Part shown: piece by piece, positions 50,665 to 64,000 of the stretch | Numbering within the stretch: the stretch's first letter is position 1 | How the letters are laid out: each line of letters opens with the position of its first letter | Assembly (NCBI GenBank): GCA_026025075.1 | Contig: JAPEUI010000084.1 | Location: 1 to 64,000, forward strand | Source of the DNA: Vezdaea acicularis | Taxonomy: Eukaryota | DNA length: 64,000 bases | Direction: 5' to 3' | Position numbers and translations under genes: made by a program | The notes under the pieces: generated by a model | The model's database searches: none | Told to the model about the DNA's origin: nothing | The model's input: only the letters and a program-made list of their open reading frames with translations

Positions 50665-51226
50665 ACCAAACCTTTCTCTCATCAACCTTCCCTTACTTGA
50701 TACGCTGGCAAAAGCGCCTGAAGATTGAGACAGTTACATCACAAAGCGCTACCAGCGCCGAGCAAGTAAAAATGGAACATAGCTAAGGGAACGACTCCTT
50801 CCAGCGTCTGTCAAGGCCGGAAGGATTAGGAGATCGCCATACATACAAGATGTGCACATGTACGTCGGTGACAGGACATGCTCGATGCTCAATATCCGCA
50901 AACGTCATATAAGGTAGGAGCAGTAGGTGCCAGAGAATTGTAGTCAATAGTTATCTATATACCAGCTGATGCGAAACGCCCGTGGCCCTTCTGTATTGAG
51001 TCTAGTCAGTTGCTTGCCCACACGGGCCCAAGACCCCTCAATAAGCGAGCTAGTAGAGAGGATTCCGGTTAACCAATCACAGTCCATCTTAGACTTCAAG
51101 TTGTTCCGGCCTTGGACTTCATTATTTGCTATTGCCCCAAATCCTGTTTGCAGACATTATCACCCGGGGCAATTGTAAGGCGATCTCAATCCGGCGATGG
51201 CTGCTAGTTGATCCGCTATATCTCCG

Positions 51227-54200
51227 ATGGTTCCGCAGATGGTGAAAGAGGTCCATATACTCCCCCTTACGGACTCAGGAGCTCCTGATGTCCAGGGAGG
51301 CTATATCTACCTCCCGCCTCCTTCCGATCCGGCATACACTGTCCGTTTCGTCATTGAGGGTGCCAGTTCGATATGTCGCAGAGGCAGTCTTTGGGTGAAC
51401 ATCCCTCGGGAGGGTCAAAGCTTCCAGCGGGACAGCTTCACGGAGTACAAGTAGGTCGATCCTATCACGAAGCTGCCCGTGCTAACAGTCAACGCAGGCT
51501 TTACCCAGACTTCAACCGAAACCTTGAAATAGATATTCCTATACATCAAGCAGGATCGTTTGCTTTCTATGCAACCTATACTCCTCTTCCAGACTTTTCC
51601 ATTTCTAGCATACAAACCCCTGCTGCAACAGCAACACCTGTATACTACATCGATGTATCCCCACGGCTGACCCTCCATGGCGATCTCCTCCCTCTCAACG
51701 CCCTTTCGATCTTTTCTCTCATATCCAAATTCATGGGATCGTATCCATCAGACTGGGATCGGCACCTTAAGGGCATCAGTGAGCGGGGATACAACATGGT
51801 TCATTTCACGCCTTTGGTACAGCGGGGTGCTTCAAATTCACCATACAGCATCTTTGATCAGCTCATCTTTGACCCTACGTGCTTTCCTCATGGCGAGAAG
51901 GACATAGCAAATTTGACCGAGAAAATGGAGACAGAATATGGGCTTCTCAGTCTTACCGACGTCGTCTGGAACCACACTGCAGATAACAGCGAGTGGCTAC
52001 AGCAACATCCTGAAGCTGGTTACAACGTGGAGACAGCACCGTCACTGGAACCAGCGCTTGATCTGGATGATGCCTTGTTGGAGTTTTCAAAAGTTCTTAA
52101 GCCTTTAGGTCTTCCCACTGTGTTGGAAAACGTTGGAGATCTTCTAAAGTTGATGGAAGGTGTTAAGATTCATGTTATAAGTAAAATCAAGCTTTGGGAG
52201 TTCTACGTTGTCAGTATAGATCGCGACGCCGATGCAGCTGTCAGAGCTTGGGTGGGGGGTAATGTATTATTCCCGCCCAGAGAATTCGATAATGATGGAT
52301 TAGGTAACTTAGAAGCTGTGGAGAGCTGGTCTTTAGCGCAAAAGGCAGACTTTTTGCTGCAGAATGCTCTTGTCAATGGTGATCGCTTGGGCGAACGGTA
52401 TCGTCGGAGAACAGACCCAAACATAGCTGCTGCTCTTCTCACAACCATATTTGGAAGATATGATCATCAAAGTCATAGTGCAACTGATCCAACAACTGCT
52501 CATGCTGAGATGGTCAACATACTCGACGAGCTCAATGTTCCGTTTTACAAGGAGTATGACACAGACAGCGCAGAGATTCTTGAGCAGCTTTTCAATCGGA
52601 TCAAGTACGTCCGTCTTGACGACCACGGTCCCAAGTTAGGTGAAATAACAGAAAAAGAACCCCTGATTGAGTCATACTTCACTCGACTTCCAATCAACGA
52701 TAACACCCGCAAATGGAATCGTAGGACCCTTGCCCTAGTCAATAATGGGTGGATATGGAATGCCGATGCTATGGTAGATAACGCTGGGTCAACCTCGAGG
52801 GCCTACTTGCGTCGCGAAGTCATTGTCTGGACTGATTGTGTGAAGCTCAGATATGGAACTTCGCCAAAAGATAATCCATGGCTTTGGGAACACATGGCCA
52901 AATACACACGTCTCATGGCAAAGCACTTCGGTGGCTTTCGAATCGACAACTGTCACTCGACTCCTTTAATTGTCGCCGAATATCTCCTTGACGAAGCGAG
53001 AAAAGTCCGACCAAACTTATGGGTGTGTGCAGAGCTATTTACTGGATCAGAAGATATGGATTACGTATTTGTCAAAAGACTAGGGTTGAGCTCCTTGATC
53101 AGAGAAGCTATGCAAGCTTGGAGCACAGGCGAGCTGAGTAGGCTCGTCCACCGTCACGGCGGCCGGCCTATCGGAAGCTTTGAGGTAGACGACATTTCCA
53201 GGAGGTCCGAAGTCGAATACCCAGAGTCACACATCAATGGTGGAGGCAAACTTACTAAGGAGGTTGTCCGTCGCATCAAACGCACGCCGGTTCACGCACT
53301 TTTCATGGACTGCACTCATGATAACGAAGTTCCGGCTCAGAAGCGAGACGCGAGGGATACCTTACCTAACGCCGCACTGGTGTCAATGTGTGCGTGTGCC
53401 ACTGGAAGTGTCATGGGATATGATGAGATTTATCCCAGGCTTATTGACCTTGTTAAGGAAACTCGGAGCTATACCTCCGCTTCGTCAAATGACAAAGCTG
53501 CGAACAGGTTTGGCGCCGGCGGTATTGGCAAAATCAAGAAAGTCTTAAATGGCATACACACGCTGATGGGTAAAGACGGGTATGATGAAATGCACGTTCA
53601 CCATGAAGGAGAGTCTATCACAATCCACAGAGTCCATCCCAAATCCCGAAAAGGATATTTTTTGATTGCGCATACCGCCTTCCCTGGATATGGCAATGAC
53701 AATGGAAGCCTAAGCCCAGTACATTTGTCCGGCACAAAGGCGCGGCATCTTGGCAGCTGGATGCTCGAGGTTGACTCTAGTGATGAAGCTAAAAAAGCGG
53801 CATTTGGTGATGAGGAGATCCTCAAGGGACTGCCAAGTTGGATTCGAGATTTGAAAGAAACGGGCCTTGACGTGAAGGAAAAGGAGACAATCATATCAGT
53901 ACCAGAATATTTTCCTCCCGGAAGCATTGCGTTGTTCGAGACTTGGATCCCAGGAGCAGAACATGCCGAAGGTCTTGATACCTTCGTCACTGGGGGGGCG
54001 AAGGAAGCTTTTAGCGGTACGAGCCTTATTGACCTCAATTTCATATTGTACCGATGTGAATCGGAGGAACGAGCTTCTACTAATGGCCAAGATGGTACCT
54101 ATAATATCCCAAATCATGATCCGTTGGTTTATGCCGGACTACAAGGGTGGTGGAGCATTCTAAGGAAGATTGTTGATACAAATGATCTCGGTCATGCCCT

Positions 54201-55982
54201 TTGTAATCATCTCCGAGATGGCCAATGGCCGCTTGAATATACTGCCAGCCGAATGCAGAGGATGGCAGAGATTCCAGGGCACAAGTCTTTGGTAGAGCCG
54301 GCGAGGTGGTTGAAGCAACGATTTGACGCTATTCGCTCGGTCCCAAATTTTTTGCTACCCAGGTACTTCGCCCTAGCAATTCGAACAGCTTATACGGCAG
54401 CCTGGACTCATGGCTTGGAATTGTTGAGTGATAACGTAAAGAAAGGCCACAGATTCCTACAGCAGCTTTCCATGGTTAGTGTGCAGATGACAGGGCTTAC
54501 CAAGTCGGCATCACTCTATCCAACAAAGATGGTACCGTGCCTAGCCGCAGGTCTCCCTCATTTCTCGTCGGACTGGGCCAGATGCTGGGGTCGTGATGTT
54601 TTCATAGCTCTGCGAGGTCTTCATTTAGGGATTGGTCGCTTCAACGAGGCAAAAGATCACATCCTTGCCTTTGCGAGTGTACTGAAACATGGTATGATTC
54701 CCAACCTTCTCAGCGATGGCAAGCTGCCACGATACAATGCTCGAGATGCGACATGGTTCTTCCTTCAGTCAATCCAGGACTATACGAAGATGGCACCGGA
54801 TGGGTTGGGAATACTGCGAGAGAAAGTCCCCCGGCGGTTCCTTCCTTATGATGACACTTGGTTCGAATTTGATGATCCAAGAGCTTACTCGAAGGTAAGC
54901 AGCCTTGAGGATATTATTCAAGAGGCGCTACAGCGACATGCTGATGGAATAAAATACCGTGAAGCCAACGCTGGAGCGAATTTGGACATGCAGATGAAGT
55001 CTGAGGGATTCGACATAAAAGTGACTGTTGATTGGGAGACTGGCATCATCTACGGCGGAAGTCAGTTGAATTGCGGCACGTGGATGGACAAGATGGGTGA
55101 AAGCGATACGGCTTGGAACAAGGGCATACCAGGTACACCTAGGGATGGAGCAGCCATTGAAATAACCGGGATGTTGTACAGTACACTTGTGTGGCTGGAA
55201 GAGCTTCGCCAAAAGGGGCATTACCGTTACAGTGGGGTCAAAAGTATGGTGGACGCCAATGGAGTCATATCGTTTCACACTTGGGCATCCAAGATCCGAG
55301 AGAACTTCGAGAGATGTTATTACATCCCGATGGACCAGAAGCAAGATGAAAGGTATGACGTAAACCAGCAGATCGTAAACAGACGCGGCATATACAAAGA
55401 CTTGCACAAATCTGGGAAGGAGTATGAAGACTATCAATTAAGATGCAATTTCCCAATTGCGATGTGTGTTGCCCCACAGCTCTTCACCCCCTATTTTGCT
55501 CTCCAAGCACTCTTTATTGCCGACTCCGTACTACGAGGTCCCTTAGGGATGGCTACTCTGGATCCCCAAGATCTTAACTATAGGCCTTATTATAACAATT
55601 CTGAAGAGTCGACCGATTTCGCGACATCGAAAGGACGGAATTATCATCAAGGCCCTGAATGGCTATGGCCGACGGGGTTTTTCCTTCGAGCCTTGCTCAT
55701 TTTTGACCTGAAACGGAAGAAAACCCAAGAAGAGCGAACGGAGAGCTTCCAGCAGATTGCAAGGCGTCTCACAGGATGCGTAGAAGCCATTACGGAAAGC
55801 CCCTGGGCTGGCCTCCCAGAGCTGACCAATAAGAGTGGCGAATACTGTGCGGATTCGGTGAGTCAAAGATACCTTGTCTAATCTTTCAATATCCTGCTTA
55901 CTTGCTACAGTGTCCAACGCAAGCTTGGTCTGCTAGTTGTCTTATAGATCTATTTCATGACGCGTCAGAGCTAACAAAATAA
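51227..55982 (+). CDS. GDB1: Glycogen debranching enzyme (4-alpha-glucanotransferase / amylo-1,6-glucosidase)
   Basis: DVVWNHTA, FRIDNCHSTP, AELFTG, MDCTHDNE, RCWGRDVFI, GTWMDKMG and YHQGPEW motifs; last exon CPTQAWS follows an intron near 55858-55910. Confidence 0.97.
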
Positions 55983-56163
55983 CCAAGGGCTGAGTAGAGC
56001 AAGAAGAAATCTTCCCTTTAGATATATAATAGATCGTGTTGTCCTCTGGATGGCAACCTCTATGCTATATGCTAGCGTCTATTGTTGATCTAGATAAGTC
56101 TGGCGGAAATGGTCCATTTACATAGTCCCTCCACGTCGACACAATCGCCACACGTTGTGTTCG

Positions 56164-56170
56164 TGACTCA
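56164..56170. promoter_or_regulatory. TGACTCA Gcn4/CpcA response element candidate
   Basis: Perfect consensus ~1.2 kb upstream of the DAHP synthase start. Confidence 0.3.
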
Positions 56171-57398
56171 GCAAGGTCCATCCTATCATCAACGTGCGTT
56201 CCAAAATTCAGTCGAAGCTGGCGGCAGTGTGGTGTGCCTGCGGCTTCCAGCTAACCTTTGGAATCTTACCAACGCGCGCTGAAAGCGCGCGTTGAGCAGG
56301 TCAAGAACCCTGCCAAGGAACATCATATAGCACGCACTAAGGGGCATTCTCTTTCATGGATGCGCCATCTCATGATTCAGCACATCACTAATATAGGACC
56401 AGCGATTTGCGTAAATCATCCACATTCTATGAGGTATACTCAAAGCAGTTCGCGCATTCGGTGTCCATAGCTTGATCACTTTTGGCTTTTAAGACAAACT
56501 GCAGGGGACAGGGTGCCAAATGATCTTGAGGCAAAGGCATACAGCAAGTTTGGTGGTGCATTGAAAATACTTTCGCGCTGGCAGCCTCAAAAGCCCCCAC
56601 ATATCCTCAACTGGAGCTAATAGTACCAACACGTCCCACGGCTTCTGCATGAACGAAAACGCTTCATAATCCATAGATGATTATGGTCATCTTGGCAAAC
56701 ATACACATTCAAGCTTTCTCTTTCGAAAACGTTCTTCCTGACGCTCTGGCGTCTCGATATGGGGCTCGCAAAGGCAGAAAACGTCATTGATGGTCGCGAC
56801 TTTGGTTTAGTTTGAGTACTATGAGTTGTGCGTGTGCGATAGCTGCAAGGTTCATGCAGGGTATGGGCAGTAGGCACCAGAGAGTAGTAGATGCTGTGGT
56901 GATTAATAGTTATCAAATTACCATTGAATACTGAGGTTCTACGCTCCAGTGCTTCCTCATAATCTGAGTTACAATTAGTCGCCTGGCTCCGGCCCGGTGC
57001 AGGGTCATCCAACTTGGGTTCGGCCCTGCAAACACTCCTGCAGTAACAAGGCACATGGCGTGGGGGTTGGAGAGTCGGGACTAAAGCGCCCAGCTCCGCA
57101 ACCCTCACCAACATGCCAACTCACTGCTACAGTCCCTCCCTTTGGTGCCAATCAGATAACAGTGGGTTCTAGTACTATACTGCATTCTAATGTATCTAGC
57201 CATCTACTGAGGTGCAGTTCTGACTGTGGGGGCTTAGAGCAAGGTTAAAGTTTTCGCTAATGACACAAGTTCCCCCATTTTTCCCCCACCACCCTGCAGG
57301 GGTCCGTGCAGCCCAAGTCATGGGTTAAACGGATTCGTCACACCCAACTTTCTCGCAAAAAATTAAATTCGGAGCCTGGCTTCGCAATTTCGAGCATC

Positions 57399-58816
<1,418 letters not shown>

Positions 58817-59324
58817 ACGGGAGCGAAGCAGCGTAAGAGCCCCTAAGCCGGCATGCACCGCTCCTTGCCCTTTTACAATACTTTTCAGAATCACTTCAGA
58901 AGAGATCATGGCCGTGATGAACAAATGAAGGGAACAAAAGGTTAGCAATAAAGAGTACTAAAGGGATGTTGAGATTTGTTCCAGTGTAGATGTGAATGAT
59001 TAGAGGATATAAACAATCTCAGGTCCCCTGAGGCCTACACAGAAGTTCAGGGCTTTGACTCTCACGCGTGTTGACTTTTGGACCCAAAATATTTGAAGGC
59101 TGCTGAATCTGAAGATGTTGATATCACCAATCGAAGACCTAAGCGTGCTCCAACCAATCAAATGCTCGTTTCAAATTTCGCGAACCCGGTCGCTCCACCA
59201 TACATCCTTTCTGACGATCATAGATCCTCGTCTGACGACTTCATCTCGACTACGCTCTCTCCCTTTCTCATTGCGCTTTTTCTTTGTCGTCCACATATTG
59301 GGGTGCGACCCCTTTCGCGTTGCA

Positions 59325-60673
59325 ATGTTGTCTAGATCCAGCATTCGCACTGCACGCGTCGTCGGCGCCACGAAGAGTGCAACCTCCAAGAAGCTTATAA
59401 AGGTATATTCATCAACTCTCTCATTCAACTCCCTCGATCGATATTGTGAGCTTTGACTATCAGCGACTGACCAATGCTGCACATTCAGCAACCTGCGAAT
59501 ACTTCCTACTCAACTTCCCAGGCGCCGAAGAGCTCGATCCAAGATGTTCTGGCCAGATCTGCCGCCACCCTCGTAGCAGTTGGATCTGTCGCTTGGTACT
59601 TCCATCTCTATGGTCCAGAGGCGCATGCAATGACCCCTCAAGAAGAAGGGTAAGTAGTATTAGACTTGTCTGTTCGAATCGAAACATATTAACGACAACG
59701 GCACCAATTGGTCATCTACGCTTTGCCATAGCAGATCGGACAGTTTTTCAAGCGCAGCGATTCTCAGTCAATACTCTTGCTTTAAGAATTGGGCGGCAGG
59801 CAACCAATGGAGACATTGCTAACATGCACGACATAGACTCCATCCCACCCAGTATCCATGGGAGCATCAGAAGTGGACTAAAACTTTTGACCATCAAGCG
59901 TACGAGGTCACAGATCCCCTCTACATGTGTATGATGTTCTAATGTCTGATCTAGTCTCCGCCGAGGGTTCCAAGTCTATCGCGAAGTTTGTTCATCCTGC
60001 CATTCACTGAAGCGTATCCCGTGGAGATCACTCGTTGGGACAACCCATACCGTCGATGAAGCGAAAGCTATGGCTGAGGAGAATGAATATGATAGTGAGC
60101 CTAACGATGAGGGCGAAATTGAAAAGCGGCCTGGAAAACTCTCAGATTACATTCCTGGGCCATACAAGAACGATGAAGCCGCACGAGCTGCCAACCAGGG
60201 CGCGCTACCACCCGACTTGAGTCTCATGGTTAAGGCACGACACGGCGGCTGCAACTATATTTTCAGTCTTCTTACTGGATATCCTGAAGAGCTACCCGCC
60301 GGCGCTGTTGTTGCACCTGGACTGAATTTCAACCCCTACTTTCCTGGGACTGGTAAATGCTCTCCTCTCCTACAGTCAGAATTAGGCTAATTTTATTGCC
60401 ATAGGCATCGCCATGGCCAGGGTCCTCTATGATGGTCTTGTTGAATACGAAGATGGCACGCCAGCTACAACGTCCCAGATGGCTAAAGATGTCGTTGAAT
60501 TTCTCAACTGGTCAGCAGAGCCTGAAATGGATCAAAGGAAGAAGATGGGTATCAAAGTTCTGGTAGTTGGATCGGTGCTCTTCGCACTGAGTGTTTGGAC
60601 AAAGCGATACAAATGGTCCCCCATCAAGACAAGAAAGCTTGTTTATGATCCACCAGTGAAGCGGGGGAAGTAG
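59325..60673 (+). CDS. CYT1: Cytochrome c1, heme protein of complex III
   Basis: Bipartite presequence, [15 protein letters not shown] heme motif, [15 protein letters not shown] and IAMARVLY motifs, C-terminal TM; several introns. Confidence 0.97.
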
Positions 60674-61305
60674 ATGGCAGTTGTATTTGTGGCCACATGT
60701 GAGCATGAAGGAATAGGTAGAGGCAAACATGGAGCAAATTCGCCTTACTTATTCCGCACTTCATGGACGCCACTCGTGCGTGTAGATTAATCAATAGGTA
60801 CCACATTACTTTTGCTTCATACAGTACTTTTGATTGGTTCATTACCTTGTGATCTGTCCATTAGATATACTCGACCAACCGTCGTGATAGAAAGAGCACC
60901 AAAACATTCAACTCCGCCTTTCCTACAACGATTCACATATAGCAAACCCAACACATGCTGTCAACGCCCCTTTTTCCGTTCCTCAAGCAGTCGAGAATTC
61001 AAGATGGATTGATTCGCCCGGTCTCATCGCCTACGCCTTTCGTCGATTTGTACTCAGCAATGATGCATGTAAGTTGGATTCAGAAGATGACTGAGGTGAC
61101 TGAACTTACAACGAATTATACGACACTGGCCCCAGATCAATAGCGTAGCCGGTACATACGAGTAGACCACACTTGGCCTGACTTGAATGATAGTGTATGT
61201 GAGGAGTGGCGTTTTTGGGAGGGAGATAATGAGCACTATCTGGACACATAATTCCTCCGATATAAAGGGCTGCAAGCCCTTTGAAGAGGGAGAGAGAGAA
61301 GAATT

Positions 61306-61869
61306 CTAGAGATTCTGTGCTACCATTGACTTCGCTAAGAACTTGCGAAGATACGACCATCTCGTTGCGTTCGCGTCAAGTTGCTGCGTCTCAGTGTTTT
61401 GGTTAGGTTGACATTTTCTGCTTTCTTCAGTAGAGACCCTTTGCTCCGCCATCTGCGCCATGTTCCGGCTAAATCTTTCCCTTTCCAGCCTATCAATCTT
61501 CTCCTTCTGTTTCATTGCTCCAGGCTTAATTCGAAAGCTCTTGTGGCCTGCATGGACAGTCTGGGCTTTCCCATTCAAGCCTCCTCTCGTTTCGTCCTCT
61601 GGCAAGGCCTCCATGAGAGATTGTAGAGTTGCAAGCTTCTTCGAGGACCGGCGTTTTTTGTGGGATGGCTTGCGAGGCTTTTCGATCCTTTTCAAGAACA
61701 AGTTGTGCTTGATTGTGCGTTTATCCCTTTTCGAATTACTAAAGGAAGAGGCGAGGGGGTTTGTATGTTGGACTAGAGGTCTTATAGCCCTTGGAACTTT
61801 GCTGGGAATATTAGGCGCCTAAACAGCTTATCAGTATCATCGCGCGTAGCTGCTTTGAATCCATACCAT
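61306..61869 (-). CDS. SLX9: Ribosome biogenesis protein SLX9-like
   Basis: KRDKRTIKH, LATLQSLMEALP, KPGAMKQKEKIDRLERERFSRNMAQM and RWSYLRKF motifs. The first coding exon appears to be ATG only, followed by a GTATGG intron. Confidence 0.75.
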
Positions 61870-62057
61870 AGTAAATTGAATGGCCCCACCAAGAGGTGTT
61901 CTGTATAACTAGCTAACAGTACTAAACGTAGTCAAAATTCCAGATTGTAGTGGGGGTGATACGAAGCGAATATGTGAGTTTGAACTCTCCCCTGCGAGCT
62001 CGACGACACTTACAGGGGCCCAAATACGCTCTGTGAAAAGTCTCGAAGGTGCAGAGG

Positions 62058-63582
62058 ATGAAAGACAATGTCAAAGACCTGAAAGAGCAGATAATAGCAC
62101 AACGCACCAAACTTGTTGATCTCGAAACTAAACTTGCTCAAGCCGAATGTGTAACACCTGCTTCTGATCCTAGAACTGAAGCCCCGGGCAATGAGAGTAT
62201 AACTAAACCCAGGAATCACACATGGCCATTGACCGACGAGGAGTTCCTGAGATATGGCCGCCAGATGATTGTTCCTGGCATAGGACTTGAAGGTCTGGCT
62301 CCACCAAAAGCCCGTCTAAAGGTCGCCTTCTAAGATATAGGGAGCTAACAAGCGTTACCTCTTCAGGTCAAGCAAGGTTAAAACATGCATCAGCTCTCAT
62401 TGTTGGTGTTGGTGGGTTGGGCTGCCCAGCCGCTGCATATCTTGCGGGTGCCGGTGTTGGGACCATCGGTTTAGTAGATGATGATGTCGTGGAGCTATCA
62501 AACCTACACCGCCAGATCTTACACAACATTACTACTCTTGGGCTGTCAAAGGTGGATAGCGCAGTTCAACAACTCTCCAGGTAAATTACTCCAGACTAAA
62601 CTAAAAGCACGCTGAGAGATATAGGCAAAACCCTTTGGTTTCTTATGTGCCTCATCGAGAGAGACTTTCCGCAGTCTCAGCCCCAGATGTTTTCTCCCAT
62701 TACGATATAGTGCTTGATTGCACTGACCAGCCAAGCTCACGGTATCTGATCTCTGATACCGCAGTCCTCCTTAAGAAGCCCTTGATTAGTGCTTCTGCTC
62801 TCCGAGCTGAGGGGCAACTCATGGTTCTGAACAACCCCCCTTTACCACCAGGGAATGCATCTGGTGGGCCATGTTACAGATGTGTATTTCCAAACCCCCC
62901 GACTCCCGAAAGCGTGACTAGTTGCGGAGACGGCGGGATCCTTGGTCCGATAGTGGGGGCAATGGGGGTCCTTCAGGCTACGGAGGCAATTAAGCTAATA
63001 GTTAACGGGCCCCGCGCACCAGCAAGCTTAGTGAACGGGGAACTTTTACTCTACTCTGCTTTTGATTCACCGTCCTTCCGAAGCGTACGTTTGCGTTCAA
63101 GGTCTCATAAATGCCTAGTGTGTTCCAAGAACGCATCTATTACAATTGACTCATTGATATCTGGCTCATTGGACTACGCTGCGTTCTGTGGCACACCCTC
63201 TCCACTGGAGACGCTTTCGCCTGAAGAGCGGATAGAGGCTTGGGAATACGAGAGTATACGAAACAACCCCACCAAGAGGCATGCATTGTTAGATGTCCGA
63301 GAGAAAGCCCACTTTGATATATGTAATCTCAATGGCAGTATCAATCTTCCAATATCTTCGCTTTCATCGATGAATAAGGAGGTTCCTGATGAGCTCGTTG
63401 GGCTCCGAACAAGCGAAGAGCCAATATATGTCGTCTGCCGACTCGGCAACGACTCTCAGCTTGCAGTCAAGATTTTAAAGAGCTTAGGGCTGGACCGAGG
63501 AGGGGGCCGTTATGTTGGTGACATCAAAGGGGGCTTCAATTCTTGGAAGCAGACGGTGGATCAGAGTTGGCCGGAATATTGA
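62058..63582 (+). CDS. UBA4: Adenylyltransferase/sulfurtransferase (MoeB/E1-like domain plus rhodanese domain)
   Basis: [36 protein letters not shown] and rhodanese VCRLGNDSQ motifs; C-terminal WPEY; two introns. Confidence 0.95.
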
Positions 63583-63744
63583 ATGCAAGGAATACGAAGT
63601 CGAGACAGGTTCTTGCATAAGTGATGCGGTGGGGAAGGGCGTTTATAGACGACTCTATCGTACTTTGGATAGCAATATGACTCCGAAGATTAACACTTTA
63701 GCTCGCGGACTTTCAACCCCCCATTGACCTCCTACTTCGCTAGC

Positions 63745-64000
63745 CTATACCAGACTTGCTCTTTTCTTGCTGTACGCCCTCTGATCCTTTAGCCATTGCC
63801 GATATCCAGCAACGCTACCCACTTTCTCACCATAGAAATCCGGAAGGGGACTTGATAGTGTAGACTGAGACGGGTCAACACGATAACGCTTTATTCGATT
63901 GAAAAAATCTTTCTCCTTCTAGATTCAGATATTAGTCATAGCTCCCAATGCCATGAGATGGTGAAGGGAAGACTTACAATGTCCATTGCAGCCCTCTCGT
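63745..64000 (-). CDS. 3' end of a hypothetical protein gene running off the window
   Basis: ERAAMDI, then a GTAAGT intron, then KEKDFFNRIKRYRVDPSQSTLSSPLPDFYVEKVGSVAGYRQWLKDQRAYSKKRASLV-stop. It looks like a conserved fungal C-terminus, but I do not recognise the family. Confidence 0.6.

Noticed and set aside
56258..57248. Several ORFs between GDB1 and the DAHP synthase
   Set aside because: No recognisable domains or consistent splice model; treated as intergenic.

Overview
Gene-dense, intron-containing genomic DNA from a filamentous ascomycete (Pezizomycotina). I infer this from GT-AG introns with CTRAC/CTRAY branch sites and from fungal-type orthologs. About 26 protein-coding genes can be supported. 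I found no convincing tRNA, rRNA, CRISPR array or intact transposon. The right-hand ~50 kb is mostly housekeeping: SDH2, an MFS transporter, GGT, an M35 protease, ATP11, a peroxisomal 4CL-like ligase, a Dnt1/Net1-like protein, a LYAR zinc finger, ERV2, a branched-chain aminotransferase, CCC1, GDB1, an ARO3-type DAHP synthase, CYT1, SLX9 and UBA4. The notable part is ~3.3-13.9 kb, a candidate phenolic-lipid (alkylresorcinol-type) biosynthetic cluster built from three consecutive divergent gene pairs: MFS transporter / divergent delta-9-type desaturase, small membrane protein / membrane-anchored SAM methyltransferase-like protein, and ORAS-like type III PKS / fatty-acid-hydroxylase-like P450. 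A DUF2235 hydrolase flanks it on the left. Gene models were spliced by eye and family calls come from remembered motifs, not database searches.
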